From: Bacteroidota bacterium
GTDB taxonomy: Bacteria; Bacteroidota; Bacteroidia; AKYH767-A; OLB10
Length of the DNA stretch: 64,000 nt
Assembly: GCA_016709725.1 (NCBI GenBank)
Contig: JADJMG010000008.1
Location: 67,189-131,188, forward strand
Direction: 5' to 3'
A program made the translations under genes and the position numbers. This document shows, piece after piece, positions 23,825 to 35,411 of this stretch (positions are counted from its first letter, which is position 1; the number at the start of each line of letters is the position of its first letter). The notes under the pieces were generated by a model. That model was not told the DNA's origin and searched no databases. It was given only the letters and a program-made list of their open reading frames with translations.

Positions 23825-25471
23825 ATGAAATCAATGTCAATACTGTCCATCCGCAAGGTAATCGGAACTGCAATCTTCCTCTTCATCAGTTATCAAGCAC
23901 AATCGCAACAGGGACTTGCTCCAAGTAATTTTTCGGGCTACTTTGAAGCCAACGGACAGTATTATCAAGCAGACTCTGCTATTGATGCTCCTGAAGTTCG
24001 TGAGAAATATCTCAACAATGGCTTTATGGTTTTAAATTACAATAATGGGAATCTAACAGCTGGAATTCGATACGAAAGCTACTTAAATACGCTTTTGGGT
24101 TTTGACCCCAGCTATAAAGGAAATGGGATTACGAATCGATATGTAAGTTATTCAAATGATTTCATCACTGTAACTGCAGGAAATTTTTACGAGCAGTTTG
24201 GAAGTGGATTGGTTTTTCGAACTTATTGGGAACCTAATCTGGGATTAGATAATTCATTAGATGGATTGAAAGTAGTTTTGCGCCCAAGAAATGGAATTAC
24301 TTTTAAAGGAGTAATTGGTCGACAAAGAGATTTCTTCACCTATCCTGAAAATGTGGTGAGAGGTATTGATGGGGAAATTCAGATTAACGATGTCCTTGAA
24401 CAATTTGCGAATTCAAAACTTCGTATAGGCGTGGGCGGTAGTTTCGTAAGTAAGTATCAAAAAGACGACAAGCCCTCTTTAATTCTACCCGAAAATGTAG
24501 GTGCTTATGCAGGAAGAATCAATTTACGTTATGGAAAGATTGCTTTTGATGCTGAATACGCTTACAAAATTAATGATCCATCACAAGCCAATTTATTTAC
24601 GTACAATACAGGGGAAGCTTTATTCACGAATCTTACCTACACACAAAAAGGATTAGGAATTCGCTTAAGCGGAAAGCGTGTTTCCAATATGGACTATCGC
24701 AGCGACCGCAGTGTAACGGGCACACGATTACAAATAAATTATTTACCAGCGGTAAATCGTCAACAAACGTATCGTTTAGCTACGTTGTATCCTTTTGCAA
24801 CACAGTCGTTGGGTGAGATGGGCGGATCGTCTGAGATTTATTACAACTTCAAACCGAAGTCGGCGCTGGGGGGAGAATACGGAACTACCCTTATGATGAA
24901 CTATGCCGCGGTGAGCGATATCGATCGTAAAAATTTAGATGATACATTAGGATATACTTCTGAGTTTTTCTCAGTAGGCGATGATCGTTATTATCAGGAA
25001 GTAACTTTTGAAGTGACTAAAAAAATATCCAAGAAAAGTAAAGTTATTGTAAGCTACCTCTATCAAATTTATGACCGCGAAAAAATTGAAGGAAAAGTCA
25101 ATGAGAAACAAGTTACTTCCCATCTTGGCGTGATTGAGTATACCTACAAATTTAGTTCTACCAATAGTATTCGATTCGATGTTGAGCATTTATCTACCGA
25201 ACAAGATCGAGGCAACTGGGCTATGTTTTTGGTGGAATTTAATATGGCTCCCCACTGGACGCTCACCGCTTTCGACGAATGGAACTATGGCAATAAAGAC
25301 CCTAAAAAACAGTTTCATTATTATAATGGAAGCATCAATTATGTAAAAGATGGAACCCGCATTAGTTTGTCATGGGCACGCCAACGCGCCGGACTTCTTT
25401 GTGTAGGTGGTGTATGTCGATTTGTACCTGCGAGCAACGGGCTATCCTTAACTGTTTCCAGTAGATTCTAA
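23825..25471 (+). CDS. Putative outer-membrane beta-barrel protein (DUF6029-like). This type commonly sits beside Omp28-related lipoproteins.
   Basis: Signal peptide MKSMSILSIRKVIGTAIFLFISYQAQSQ. Beta-strand-rich with a C-terminal aromatic residue. Confidence 0.45.
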   Translation: MKSMSILSIRKVIGTAIFLFISYQAQSQQGLAPSNFSGYFEANGQYYQADSAIDAPEVREKYLNNGFMVLNYNNGNLTAGIRYESYLNTLLGFDPSYKGNGITNRYVSYSNDFITVTAGNFYEQFGSGLVFRTYWEPNLGLDNSLDGLKVVLRPRNGITFKGVIGRQRDFFTYPENVVRGIDGEIQINDVLEQFANSKLRIGVGGSFVSKYQKDDKPSLILPENVGAYAGRINLRYGKIAFDAEYAYKINDPSQANLFTYNTGEALFTNLTYTQKGLGIRLSGKRVSNMDYRSDRSVTGTRLQINYLPAVNRQQTYRLATLYPFATQSLGEMGGSSEIYYNFKPKSALGGEYGTTLMMNYAAVSDIDRKNLDDTLGYTSEFFSVGDDRYYQEVTFEVTKKISKKSKVIVSYLYQIYDREKIEGKVNEKQVTSHLGVIEYTYKFSSTNSIRFDVEHLSTEQDRGNWAMFLVEFNMAPHWTLTAFDEWNYGNKDPKKQFHYYNGSINYVKDGTRISLSWARQRAGLLCVGGVCRFVPASNGLSLTVSSRF

Positions 25472-25521
25472 TTGCATATCCCAATAAAATATTCTTACCT
25501 TTGAGTTAACAGCATATCAAC

Positions 25522-26367
25522 ATGAAAAAAATACAATTCACACTACTCCTATTTGTCATCACGATTCTAACTGCTTGTGATAAAATAGAAGGACCTTATG
25601 GTGTAGCAAATACAGGTGGACCCATTGGAGGAGACTCGATAGTACAAAAAGTTTTATTAGAAGACTTCACGGGTCATACGTGTCAAGCTTGTCCAAATGC
25701 ACATAGAGAAGGAAAGCGCTTGCGTGATATTTATGATGAGCGATTAGTGGTGTTGGCAGTACACGCCGATTTTTGGGCAGCTCCTTATCCTCCCAATGCT
25801 CCTTTCTTTACCTATGATTTTAGAAATGCTGTTTCTACTCAAATTGCAACTGACTTCAATGTTATTGGTCAACCTTTCCCAAAAGGAATGGTGCAACGCA
25901 TGTTAAATCCAGGTACAAGCAATCAATTAGTTCTGGATTGGGCTGGATGGGAAAGTAAAATTGATCAGTGGATTAATACAGCTGCAAAAGCGGGATTAGA
26001 AATCACTCCTGGATACAATAGCGGTTCCAATACCATGACCGCTGAAGTGAAAGTAAAAGCAGTTAGTGACTTAACCGATGGCGCCCACCTTGCGGTTTAT
26101 TTTTCGGAAGACAGTATAATAAAATGGCAAAAAGATGGAAGCATTAATGACTCTACCTATGTTCACAATCACGTATTACGCGGATCATTCAATGGAATGT
26201 TAGGTGAAGATTTAGGAGTAATTTCTACTGGTGATGAAATCATAAAAAATTATTCGACGGCGCTGATTCCTTCTGATGTGGACGTCAATCATGTTTACTT
26301 AGTTGCTATTCTTACGAATAGTGTAACGAAAGAAGTGATTCAGGTGGAGGAAGTGAAGTTGCAGTAG
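25522..26367 (+). CDS. Omp28-related outer-membrane lipoprotein
   Basis: Lipobox LTAC. LEDFTGHTCQACP motif. Confidence 0.6.
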   Translation: MKKIQFTLLLFVITILTACDKIEGPYGVANTGGPIGGDSIVQKVLLEDFTGHTCQACPNAHREGKRLRDIYDERLVVLAVHADFWAAPYPPNAPFFTYDFRNAVSTQIATDFNVIGQPFPKGMVQRMLNPGTSNQLVLDWAGWESKIDQWINTAAKAGLEITPGYNSGSNTMTAEVKVKAVSDLTDGAHLAVYFSEDSIIKWQKDGSINDSTYVHNHVLRGSFNGMLGEDLGVISTGDEIIKNYSTALIPSDVDVNHVYLVAILTNSVTKEVIQVEEVKLQ

Positions 26368-26933
26368 TTTTGTTCTCGCAACGGTTTCGTTTTAGAAGTT
26401 AATTGTAGTACATTTTTTTGATTGTGAGTGTTAGATGCTGGATACTGGACACATATATAATTGGTGTTACATAAAACATTGGACGATGCGAGTGTGTTTA
26501 TTACACAAATCACAAAATTCATTTCAACAGAAAGTATTAAAAAACATGCTCTTTTCAATATGTTTTTAATTCACTAATATGAACTACTTAATATTTATAA
26601 TAGTTATTATTTTTGACTTGTGAACTTGATAAACCACCACATGAATAGCAATAGAGCCAGAAGCTGTTCGTTCATTTTTGATGGAAAACATCCTACAAAA
26701 TAGCCATTAGCGCGGTAAAAATTTCGAAAAAAATTTTGTGACTTAGATATTCAATAACTTAAAAAGTTAAAATTTCTTGGTTAGAGCAAATGTCAGAATT
26801 CAGGAATATCGAGAAGTTTGGAGATTATCTCAATAATAGGGGCTGATTTGTATAAATATATATAAAAATCAGTTCAAGATTGAACTATTATACTTCCGAA
26901 TATATGTATCTTTGAGACACTCAATCCACTGCA

Positions 26934-29132
26934 ATGCGTATACTTCTTATTCTCCTAGGTGTTTTAGGATTCATTGATCATGCAAATTCTCAAACTCAAT
27001 TGTTGTATTTGGATCAGCGACCAAAGGTAATTGTAAACAATAATGACACATTAGATTTTCCATGGACAGGTGGATTTAACTCTACGATGCCCGTTGAGAT
27101 CGAGATGAACGGCGATACGTTAATGGATTTGATGATTTTTGATCGTATTGGAAATAGAATTTCCACTTTTTTGAATGATGGCAGCGGAAGTACTTCTGCT
27201 TATAGTTATCATCCGGAATACATCAGCAAATTTCCCGTTATGAATGATTGGGTGCGTTCATACGATTATGATTGCGACGGCGACATGGATTTGTTTACTT
27301 ATACCAATTCTGCAATGGGCGTTTGGAGAAATGATTATACGACAGCAACAGGTTTGCAATTCACAATGGTGAATTCACAATTGAGTTCTTGGTATGGAAC
27401 TTTTTTCACATTTATTTTTGTAACTCAAGTGAATTTGCCCGCGTTGCATGATGTCGATGGAGATGGAGATATGGACATAATTACTTTTACAAATTCCAGT
27501 AATTATTTGGAGTATCATATGAACTATTCAATGGATTCTTTAGGAATTTGTGGCGGATTTTTATTTACACTACAACCTTATTGTTGGGGATATTTTAAGT
27601 TAAGCGGGCTTACAAATTTGGGATTACTTAATCAAAATTGTCGTTCGGCAATTGTAGATGATAATGCAGCAAATCGAAATCGTCACTCCGGTTCAGTGCT
27701 TACTCCGCTGGATCAAGATTGCGATGGAGATGTAGATTTGTTAAACGGAGATATTCTAGGGTCAAACATGTTGTTTTTATTGAATGGAGGAACTCCTGAT
27801 TCTGCCCATATTGTTTCTCAGGATTCTGCTTTTCCGGTGTACGATGTGTCGGTTGATTTGCAGAATTTACCCGGAGCCTATTATTTAGATTTGGACAATG
27901 ACGGAATGAAGGATATGTTCTTGAGTCCGTTTGCAACCGTTGGCGAAGATTTTAATAATATGTTGTTTTATAAAAACACAACGAATAATTGTACAAATGT
28001 TTTTGATTTTGTTAAATCCCGTTTTCTATCTGATGAAACAATTGATGTAGGAACTTCCTCCAATGTTTCCTTTTTTGATGTGGATAAAGATGGCTTATTG
28101 GATATTGTAGCAGGGAATGATTCATATTACAATCCGAATCCTAATTTAGCTTATTCACGATTGGCTTATTTCAAAAATATTGGAACGTCAACGCAACCTA
28201 TGTTTACCTTAGTTACCGATGATTGGCTCAACTTATCTTCTATCACCCAATATGGATTGTTTCCTTCTTTTGGAGATTTGGACGGAGATGGCGATGAAGA
28301 TTTATTGTTGGGAAATGCAGATGGAACCTTGATTTATTATTCGAATACTGCTGGAGTAGGTTTGCCTTGTAATTTTGTTTTTACGTCTCCACAATACCAA
28401 GGAATAGATATTGGTAGTAATAGTGCTCCGCAAATTATTGATGTGAATCGTGACGGTAAAAATGATTTGTTGGTGGGCGAACGAAGTGGTGTACTTAATT
28501 ATTTTGAAAATTCAGGATCGAGTGTGAATCCTGTTTTCAGCACGAACAATCCGAATTTCGGAAATTTGAGTGTAATTATGTCCGGGGCGATTGCAGGATA
28601 CAGCTCTCCCTTGTTATTTGATAATAATGGCATCTATGAAATGTTGGTAGGATCCGATAATGGTACTATTTTTCAATATGCAAATATTGACGGCAATTTA
28701 TCAGGAAGTTTTACATTGTTGGATTCTTCTTATCAGAATATTGTGGAACTTAAAAGAATTACGACTGCGAAAGGAGATATTGATGGAGATGGAAAATTTG
28801 ATTTGTTGACGGGATGTAATTCCGGTGGAATGCGTTTGTAGACTCAATATACATCAGTGGGAATTTCAACTATGTCGTCCGCTTCAACTTTGAATTTCAA
28901 TTTAAGTCCAAATCCGACAAAAGAAAATTGTTTGTTGAATATCCAATCCGAATTTACCAACGAGGAATTTCAAGTTTCTATCGTCGATCTTTCCGGAAGA
29001 GTTTTATTCACTACATCTACCTTGCAAAAACAGATGCAACTAAGTACTACTGCTTTTTCGTCTGGAATATATATCGTACAAGTTAAAATGAAAGGTAATA
29101 TTTCAGCTAAAAAATTATTCGTACAACGATGA
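26934..29132 (+). CDS. FG-GAP/VCBS-repeat T9SS cargo protein. Its C-terminal sorting domain (28857..29132) is separated from the body by a single in-frame TAG at 28839-28841.
   Basis: Signal peptide plus repeated D.DGDGD.D motifs. The CTD reads NLSPNPTKEN...IYIVQVKMKG. Both ORFs are in the same frame. Confidence 0.6.
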
Positions 29133-29790
29133 AAATAAAATTATCCTATTGATCGCAATTTCTGTTTTTCCATATCTTTCCGATGGTCAAACTCCCTACA
29201 TGTTCAGAGATACCAACGTAGCGGTATTTCATGGAAGTGTCCGATTGGTGAATCCCTGAGCAAGCGGAATAAATACACCTGTATTTGCTAAGTTGGATTT
29301 GAATGGGGATGGGAAGATGGATTTAATCGAATTTGATGCGCCTAGTTTTCGAGTGAATCCTTTTATCAATTTGTATATTGCTAATAAGTCGTCGTAGGTT
29401 TATGCACCAGAATATCGTTCAAAATTTCCTGAAAGTTTAGAGTGGTGGGTGCGTACCTTCGATATTGATTTTAATGGTGACTTGGATCTGTTTTCGTATT
29501 ATGGCGGTGGAATTTCATATTTCAGAAATGATTTCTCAATGGGTGGCGGTTTGTTGTTTAATCAAATTACAAATTCAATTCAAACACATTATGGAGGATT
29601 TCAAACTAATATTTACGATTCTAGTGTGAATGCTCCTGCATTAAGTGATATCGATAACGACGGCGATATGGATATTCTGGCATTTAGTATTAGTGGATCC
29701 TGACTAGTACACTCTGAAAAATTTTCGATGGATTCTACAGGCAAACCTGGACAAATAAAGTATCACCTGAGTTCTGACATTTAGTACGAT
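29131..29790 (+). pseudogene. Decayed paralog of the upstream FG-GAP T9SS gene (N-terminal ~220 codons with three or more internal stops), truncated by the IS remnant
   Basis: Readable as MKIKLSY...KLDLNGDGKMDLIEFD...FDIDFNGDLDLFSYYGGGISYF...DIDNDGDMDILAF, interrupted by stops. Confidence 0.55.
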
Positions 29791-29810
29791 AACAATTCCC
29801 ACGTTTTAAT

Positions 29811-30960
29811 TCATTTAGCAGGAGGGCTTTCCATAATATCATTTGTTGGAGATCGAAAAGTAAAAATTTTCTTTGTGAATTTGTCCTGTATATGTGCTTC
29901 TGTAATATTCCATATTAGAAATCGAATTTCGCGTAATGATAATTTTGCTTCCAACTCCAAATATTTTTCAATGATTAAAGCTATGAAGCAGATTAATACA
30001 TGTGAATGTGATCGTATTACCTCCTCCTTTCGATGATATATATGTCTTGTTTCTATATCGCTTTTACTCATTCGAAAAGACTGCTCTACTCGGCAAAGAT
30101 AATAATAGTGCGAAATGACATTTTCATTTGACAAGCTTGCTTCATTGAAATCTGAGCAATATCCCTTTATTGCCAAAAGAAGCTTTCGTTTTCAATGAAT
30201 GGTGTGTTTAATTCTACTTTTTCTTTGGAAATTTTTTCGCAAATTTTACTATTTTGTTTATAGTTTGTTCGGCTACTGTTCTCTCTGTTTTTTTAATCAT
30301 TTTATTTAATTAATATAGAGCCATTTTGTATCGTTTGTCGAAAAATTCTCAAACTAATTCGCCAAGTAAAGAGGGAAAACGAGCATTTTTCCGTTTTTGC
30401 TTTCTAGAACAGAATGAATTTGTTTCACCAAATCCAAATTGGAATTTGCCAACCTAGCTCCGACAATATAGGAGATGTTTTTAATTGGAGCTCTGTCAAT
30501 CTTTCTTCCGACAACATTGCAGCATAGGTTGCTACGTTTGGCTTAATGTCTTTATGTTCATTCATAAAGTTGTCAAGAACTGGCAGCATTGTTTTCCTTT
30601 CAAATGTATTACCCGGAAAAACTTCATAGACTAGCGGGAAGCCAGATTGAGTTACCAATAACCATACAACGATTCGAGGTTGTTGAGATTTATTATCTTT
30701 TGAGAAACCTGGTATTCGTAATTCATCAGATTGAAAAGTTTCAAAATAATGTTTAGTTACATCATAGAGCAAAAAATAGAATGTCTCATTAAATTTTTCT
30801 ATAGCTACTCTAAAAGCATATTGTTCATTTAAAGAATTTTATTTTAGTGATTTGGGGATATCTTGGTAAACTCGTTGTGAATATGTGATTCCAAAATAAT
30901 GTGACAGTAATTCTATTGTTCTTCATTTAGATGCTGGTTCTATGAGTCGAATGATAACTA
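29811..30960 (-). mobile_element. Degraded IS1634/IS4-like transposase gene (fragments in several frames with stops). No intact ends were recognised.
   Basis: Fragments read LLYDVTKHYFETFQSDELRIPGFSKDNKSQQPRIVVWLLVTQSGFPLVYEVFPGNTFE (transposase N-region motif) and a C-terminal fragment at 29811..30176. Upstream pieces carry stops. Confidence 0.5.
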
Positions 30961-31110
30961 AATCAAGAAGGAATTAAGACTTGATATACCACATTCACTT
31001 ATGCAACTCATTAAAAATTGCCTAGCAAACTGATGCCTCCATCTGACAAAAGATAAAACTTAATTCGGATTAAAAAAAGCAAGTAGGTTAAAAAAGATTT
31101 TTAACTTTCA

Positions 31111-32998
31111 TTATTCATCGTAGTTAACCAAATTCAAACTGGTTAAAATGACAATCAATGTGACCCCCACATCAGCAGCAATAGCGAAAACTAAATTGCT
31201 GTAACCAGCAAAAGCAAGGATTATGAAAATAAGTTTAACTGCTATTGCTCCAATGGTGTTGAATTTTATTCTAATTAAAGTTTTTCGACTTAACCGAATT
31301 AAAAAAGGAATGAGGGATAGTTTATCATTCATCAATGCAATGTTTGCCGTTTCTATTGCGGTGTCACTACCGGCTGCACCCATTGCAATGCCAACGGTGC
31401 TTTGTGCCAATGCTGGAGCATCATTAATTCCATCGCCTACCATGGCAACCTTGCCATATTGCTGCAAAAGTTCTTTGATTTTTTCGGCTTTGTTTTCAGG
31501 GAGCATGTTGCCGAATATTTTTTTAATGCCAACTTGCTTTGCTACATAGATTGCCGCTTTTTCACTGTCGCCTGTAAGCATTACGGGTTCAATGTTGAGG
31601 GATTCCAAATCTTTTAACGCAGCTTCACTATCAGGTTTAATTTCATCCATCAAACCTATGACTCCTGCTACACCTTCGCCGAAACTAACTACTACACTTG
31701 TTTTACCTTGCGATGAAAGTTGCTCCACAATTTTCTCTGCTTCTTTATCTATGTGTTGATGTTCTTTTATAAAATCAAGTTTACCAACATAAATTGTTTC
31801 ATCCTCACACACCAAACATTTTGCTGTAGCCCCTTTCCCCATTATACTTTTGAAACCCTCAGTTTGGTGTGGTTCAAATCCTTCTTTCTTACTAGCATCA
31901 ACGATTGCCTGAGCTAGCGGATGTTCGGAAAATATCTCTGCTCCTGCAGTGCAGGCCAAAAGTTCTTCACGGCTTGTTCCGTTCAAAGGAAAAATATCTG
32001 AGACAATAGGGTTTCCAAATGTGATTGTTCGTGTTTTGTCTAATGCAATTGCTTTGATGTTTGCTAATGCTTCCAAATATTTACCACCTTTCACCAATGC
32101 ACCTTTAGCTGAAGCGTTACCAATAGCTGCGTAGATAGCCACTGGAGTAGAGATGACCAAGGCACAAGGACAAGCGATTACTAAAAAGTGTTATAGCTTG
32201 TTGCAGCCATTGATCGAAATCAAGTTTCAAAATAAAAACCGGCACTACAAATAGAAGTAAAGAAAGAACTAACATTGCAGGAGTATAATACTTTGCAAAC
32301 TGCTGAATGAATTTTTGCGTTTCGCTTTTGTTTGCTTGTGCTTCAAATGTGAGCCGAACAATTTTTGAAAAAGTGGTATCAACCGAAAGTTTGGTTGTTT
32401 CTATTTCAATGAAACCATTTTTATTTAGTGTTCCCGCAAAAAGATTATCACCAATTTGCTTGTCTTTTGGAATGGGTTCACCTGTGATGGCAGCTTCATC
32501 TACGACGGTTTCGCCTGAAATTATTTTGCCGTCAAGTGGTATCATTTCACCTGGTTTTACCTGAATGATTGTTCCTACAATAATTTTATCAATGGCAATA
32601 TTATCATTTTGTGATTTTACAAAAGCGGTTTTCGGAGCTTTGCTCACTAAATCATCTAAAGCGGCTTTGCTATTGGCAATACCAATATCTTCCAAGCGTT
32701 CACCTAATACATATAAAACAACCAATACTGCTGCTTCAGGAAATTCACTTAAATAGAAGGCGCCGATAACAGCAATAAGCATCAGCAAATTGATGTTGCT
32801 GAATTGGAGTTTGAAAATTGCTTTTACACCATTCCACAAAACATTATAACCTATGATTAAAATGAAAGTGGCATAAATGAAAGGTGCATACGGCATAGGA
32901 ATGTCTATTCCTACAATGGAAAGAATTTCCAATGAAACAACTATCGCGATTGCAAATAGAAGGAAGAGGAATTTTTTATCTTTGATTGGTAGTTTCAT
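31111..32998 (-). CDS. Heavy-metal-translocating P1B-type ATPase (CPC type, no N-terminal HMA domain), split by a frameshift at ~32150 (A5/T5 run)
   Basis: ITGEP, CPC, DKTRT (should be DKTGT-like), GDGINDAPAL and MVGDG motifs. Fragment 1 ends ...QQAITLF. Fragment 2 begins (A)LVISTPVAIYAAIG. Confidence 0.8.
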
Positions 32999-33121
32999 TG
33001 TTGTGTTCTTTTTGGCAGAATAGTTTTATGTTGAAGGCAATGACGTACTGTATTTCATTACACTTAAATTCTAATGTTTGTGCACTTAGTATGAGTTTGA
33101 CATTTTATTCTCATTAAGAAT

Positions 33122-34568
33122 TTAATGAGTGACACCAACTCCATAAGGGTCAACTGAAACTTCTGCTTTGAAGTTTGGAACTAATTGTAGTGTAATCATA
33201 TCAATGGCTGTCATATAACCGTTTTTGCCTCCACAAACAGATGAGTGATGCGGCGCTGGACCGCCAGTCGTTACATTACGATTAGAAATATAAACTCTGT
33301 TGTTATAATCATCCACTGCAATTCCATGTGGTTGATGACCAGTGTACACTGTGCCTACAACTTGCAATGTATTGTAGTCGATAATATATACTGAACCAGT
33401 TTTTCCAGGGAATGTTACAAAATCATCGGTGCATGAAACAAAGAGATAAGGATGGGTTTGAGAAACTCCCATTTCCTGTGGAAAAACACCTACAGGAATA
33501 GATGCAAGTAAACTGTCATTCATGGTGCTAACAGCTAAAATTAGATTGGTATTTTGTGCAGTGAGAAAATATTTTGAACCATCAGGACTAAAATGAATTT
33601 CGTGAAAGCGATGGTTACCGCCAGTGAAATTTTTCGAATTATAATTGGAAATATCATTAACTGGGATTTTCCATATGTTGCTACCAAGTTGTGCTGTTAC
33701 ATAAAGTGTGTCATCAGTTATATTCAGCGCAGAACCGTGAGGAGCACTAAACCCAAAATTCCAATTTTGTTTTGTCATGTTCTCCAAATCAACAAAGGAG
33801 ATGATGCCGGAATTGAAATCAACTACATATGCTTTTTTGGAATCGGAAGAAATTGCGAAAGTATTCCAAGAGCCGAAGCCAATATCAACCTGACCAAGTA
33901 AAGTATTATTGGTAGTGCTAAATTTTTGAAAGTAATTTCCTGCAATAAATGAAGCACAATAGAATTGGTTATTAGGAGCAACTTTAACCATGTGAGGAGC
34001 TTCTATTTGAGGAGAATTGCCCGCGTGAACATAACGCATAGTAAGCATTGAGGAAGCATCAAAAACAGCTATTTCATCGCAACCCTGACAGCCAGCATAA
34101 AATTTTTTTTCGCAAAGGGTTATCTGAAAATTTAACAAATCCATTCTTATCAGGTGCACCGTCTTGAATCCAACTTTCCAAAATACTTAGTTCTTCTATT
34201 GTAAGAAATGTTCCGTTAACAGGCATGGTTGGTTGTAATTGAAGATAAGGAAGAAGCGAATCGTGATTAGTGTAATATATGATCAAGCTAAAATCAGGAC
34301 GGTAGGGTATAACGGCTGAACCACCACTACCCCCTTCAAATAATTTTTCCCACGTGCTTAAATCAAGGCCACCTGCCCCTAAATGACTTTGCGTATTATG
34401 GCAACCTGCAGTAGCACATTTATTAATAACGATATTAGCAATATTAGCAGGATAATTAGTTTCAGGGACGGGTTCGGGCATTTCGTATTTGTCGTAGTGA
34501 CACGAAATAAAATTAACTACAACAACAAATAATATTGCTGCAGCAATCACTATCGAAATTTTTTTCAT
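33122..34568 (-). CDS. Lipoprotein with an N-terminal c-type cytochrome-like domain (single CXXCH) fused to a YncE/YVTN-like 7-bladed beta-propeller, split by a frameshift at ~34100 (T8 run)
   Basis: Lipobox/TM then KCATAGCHNTQSH. Downstream is a beta-propeller repeat pattern. The two ORFs overlap by 85 bp in adjacent frames. Confidence 0.55.
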
Positions 34569-34583
34569 AACATTTATTTTAAA

Positions 34584-35039
34584 TTATTCTGTAACAGGAA
34601 CAGTCAAAACTAATTGACCTGATGATTGAGAAAGAACATACGGAATACCGCCTTTTACAGGTGCTGATACGGTCGTATCATAAGCTGTCATGTAAATATA
34701 GTATTTGCCAGGCTTTAGATTTGCAATTTCAATGCTATTTTGAGTTGTGTCAGCAATAATATCCAAATCGTAAGCGGATGGATTTGCTCCTGGAAAGTCT
34801 TGCGAATTGAATTTGACATATGCATGGTAAGGTCTAGTCAATTTACTATGATGCTTTGGAAATGCAATAATTGTGGTGCTACCTCCTGTTCCAGCATATT
34901 GACACGAGCCATCATCTTCTTCGGCATCAGAATCGTATTTAATAGATATAGGGTCTGTACAACCCTTTTTCTTTTTGCAAGATGAAACAAAAGCAGTAAT
35001 AAACACGGATACTATGATAATTAAAATTGATTTTTTCAT
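34584..35039 (-). CDS. Lipoprotein of unknown function
   Basis: Lipobox FVSSC. Confidence 0.4.
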   Translation of the reverse strand: MKKSILIIIVSVFITAFVSSCKKKKGCTDPISIKYDSDAEEDDGSCQYAGTGGSTTIIAFPKHHSKLTRPYHAYVKFNSQDFPGANPSAYDLDIIADTTQNSIEIANLKPGKYYIYMTAYDTTVSAPVKGGIPYVLSQSSGQLVLTVPVTE

Positions 35040-35090
35040 TATAATTTTGAATTAAATTAGTACTAATTGTTTTAGATTTTGGGAATATTA

Positions 35091-35348
35091 TTAATGATTG
35101 TGTCCTTCGTGATCGTCATGAGTTGTATCATCAGCAGCATGGTCATGCCCTGAATGACTTTCGTATTTTGTTGAATCATGTGCATGTGCATTTTCATCTT
35201 TACTTTCAGAATCATAATTATGTAAGTCTCCTTCTGAATGTGTTTCATCAATTGTTTTAACTTCTGCTTTTTTCTTTTCGCTTTGGCAAGCAGTTAAACC
35301 AAATAATAATGCTGCGAATAGCATAACTATTGTTTTGATTTTTTTCAT
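35091..35348 (-). CDS. Small His/Asp/Glu-rich lipoprotein (putative periplasmic metal-binding protein)
   Basis: Lipobox LTAC. The mature part is about 25% His with HAHD/HSGHDH/HEGHNH clusters. Confidence 0.5.
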   Translation of the reverse strand: MKKIKTIVMLFAALLFGLTACQSEKKKAEVKTIDETHSEGDLHNYDSESKDENAHAHDSTKYESHSGHDHAADDTTHDDHEGHNH

Positions 35349-35411
35349 GATATTATTTTAATTATTGATTATTGCTTATTGATTATTGATTATTTTAATT
35401 AACTGAATTCA

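Noticed and set aside
35350-35400. (TTATTGA)n-like tandem repeat between the His-rich lipoprotein gene and czcB
   Set aside because: It is short, AT-rich and imperfect. It probably overlaps the RBS/leader, and no function can be supported.
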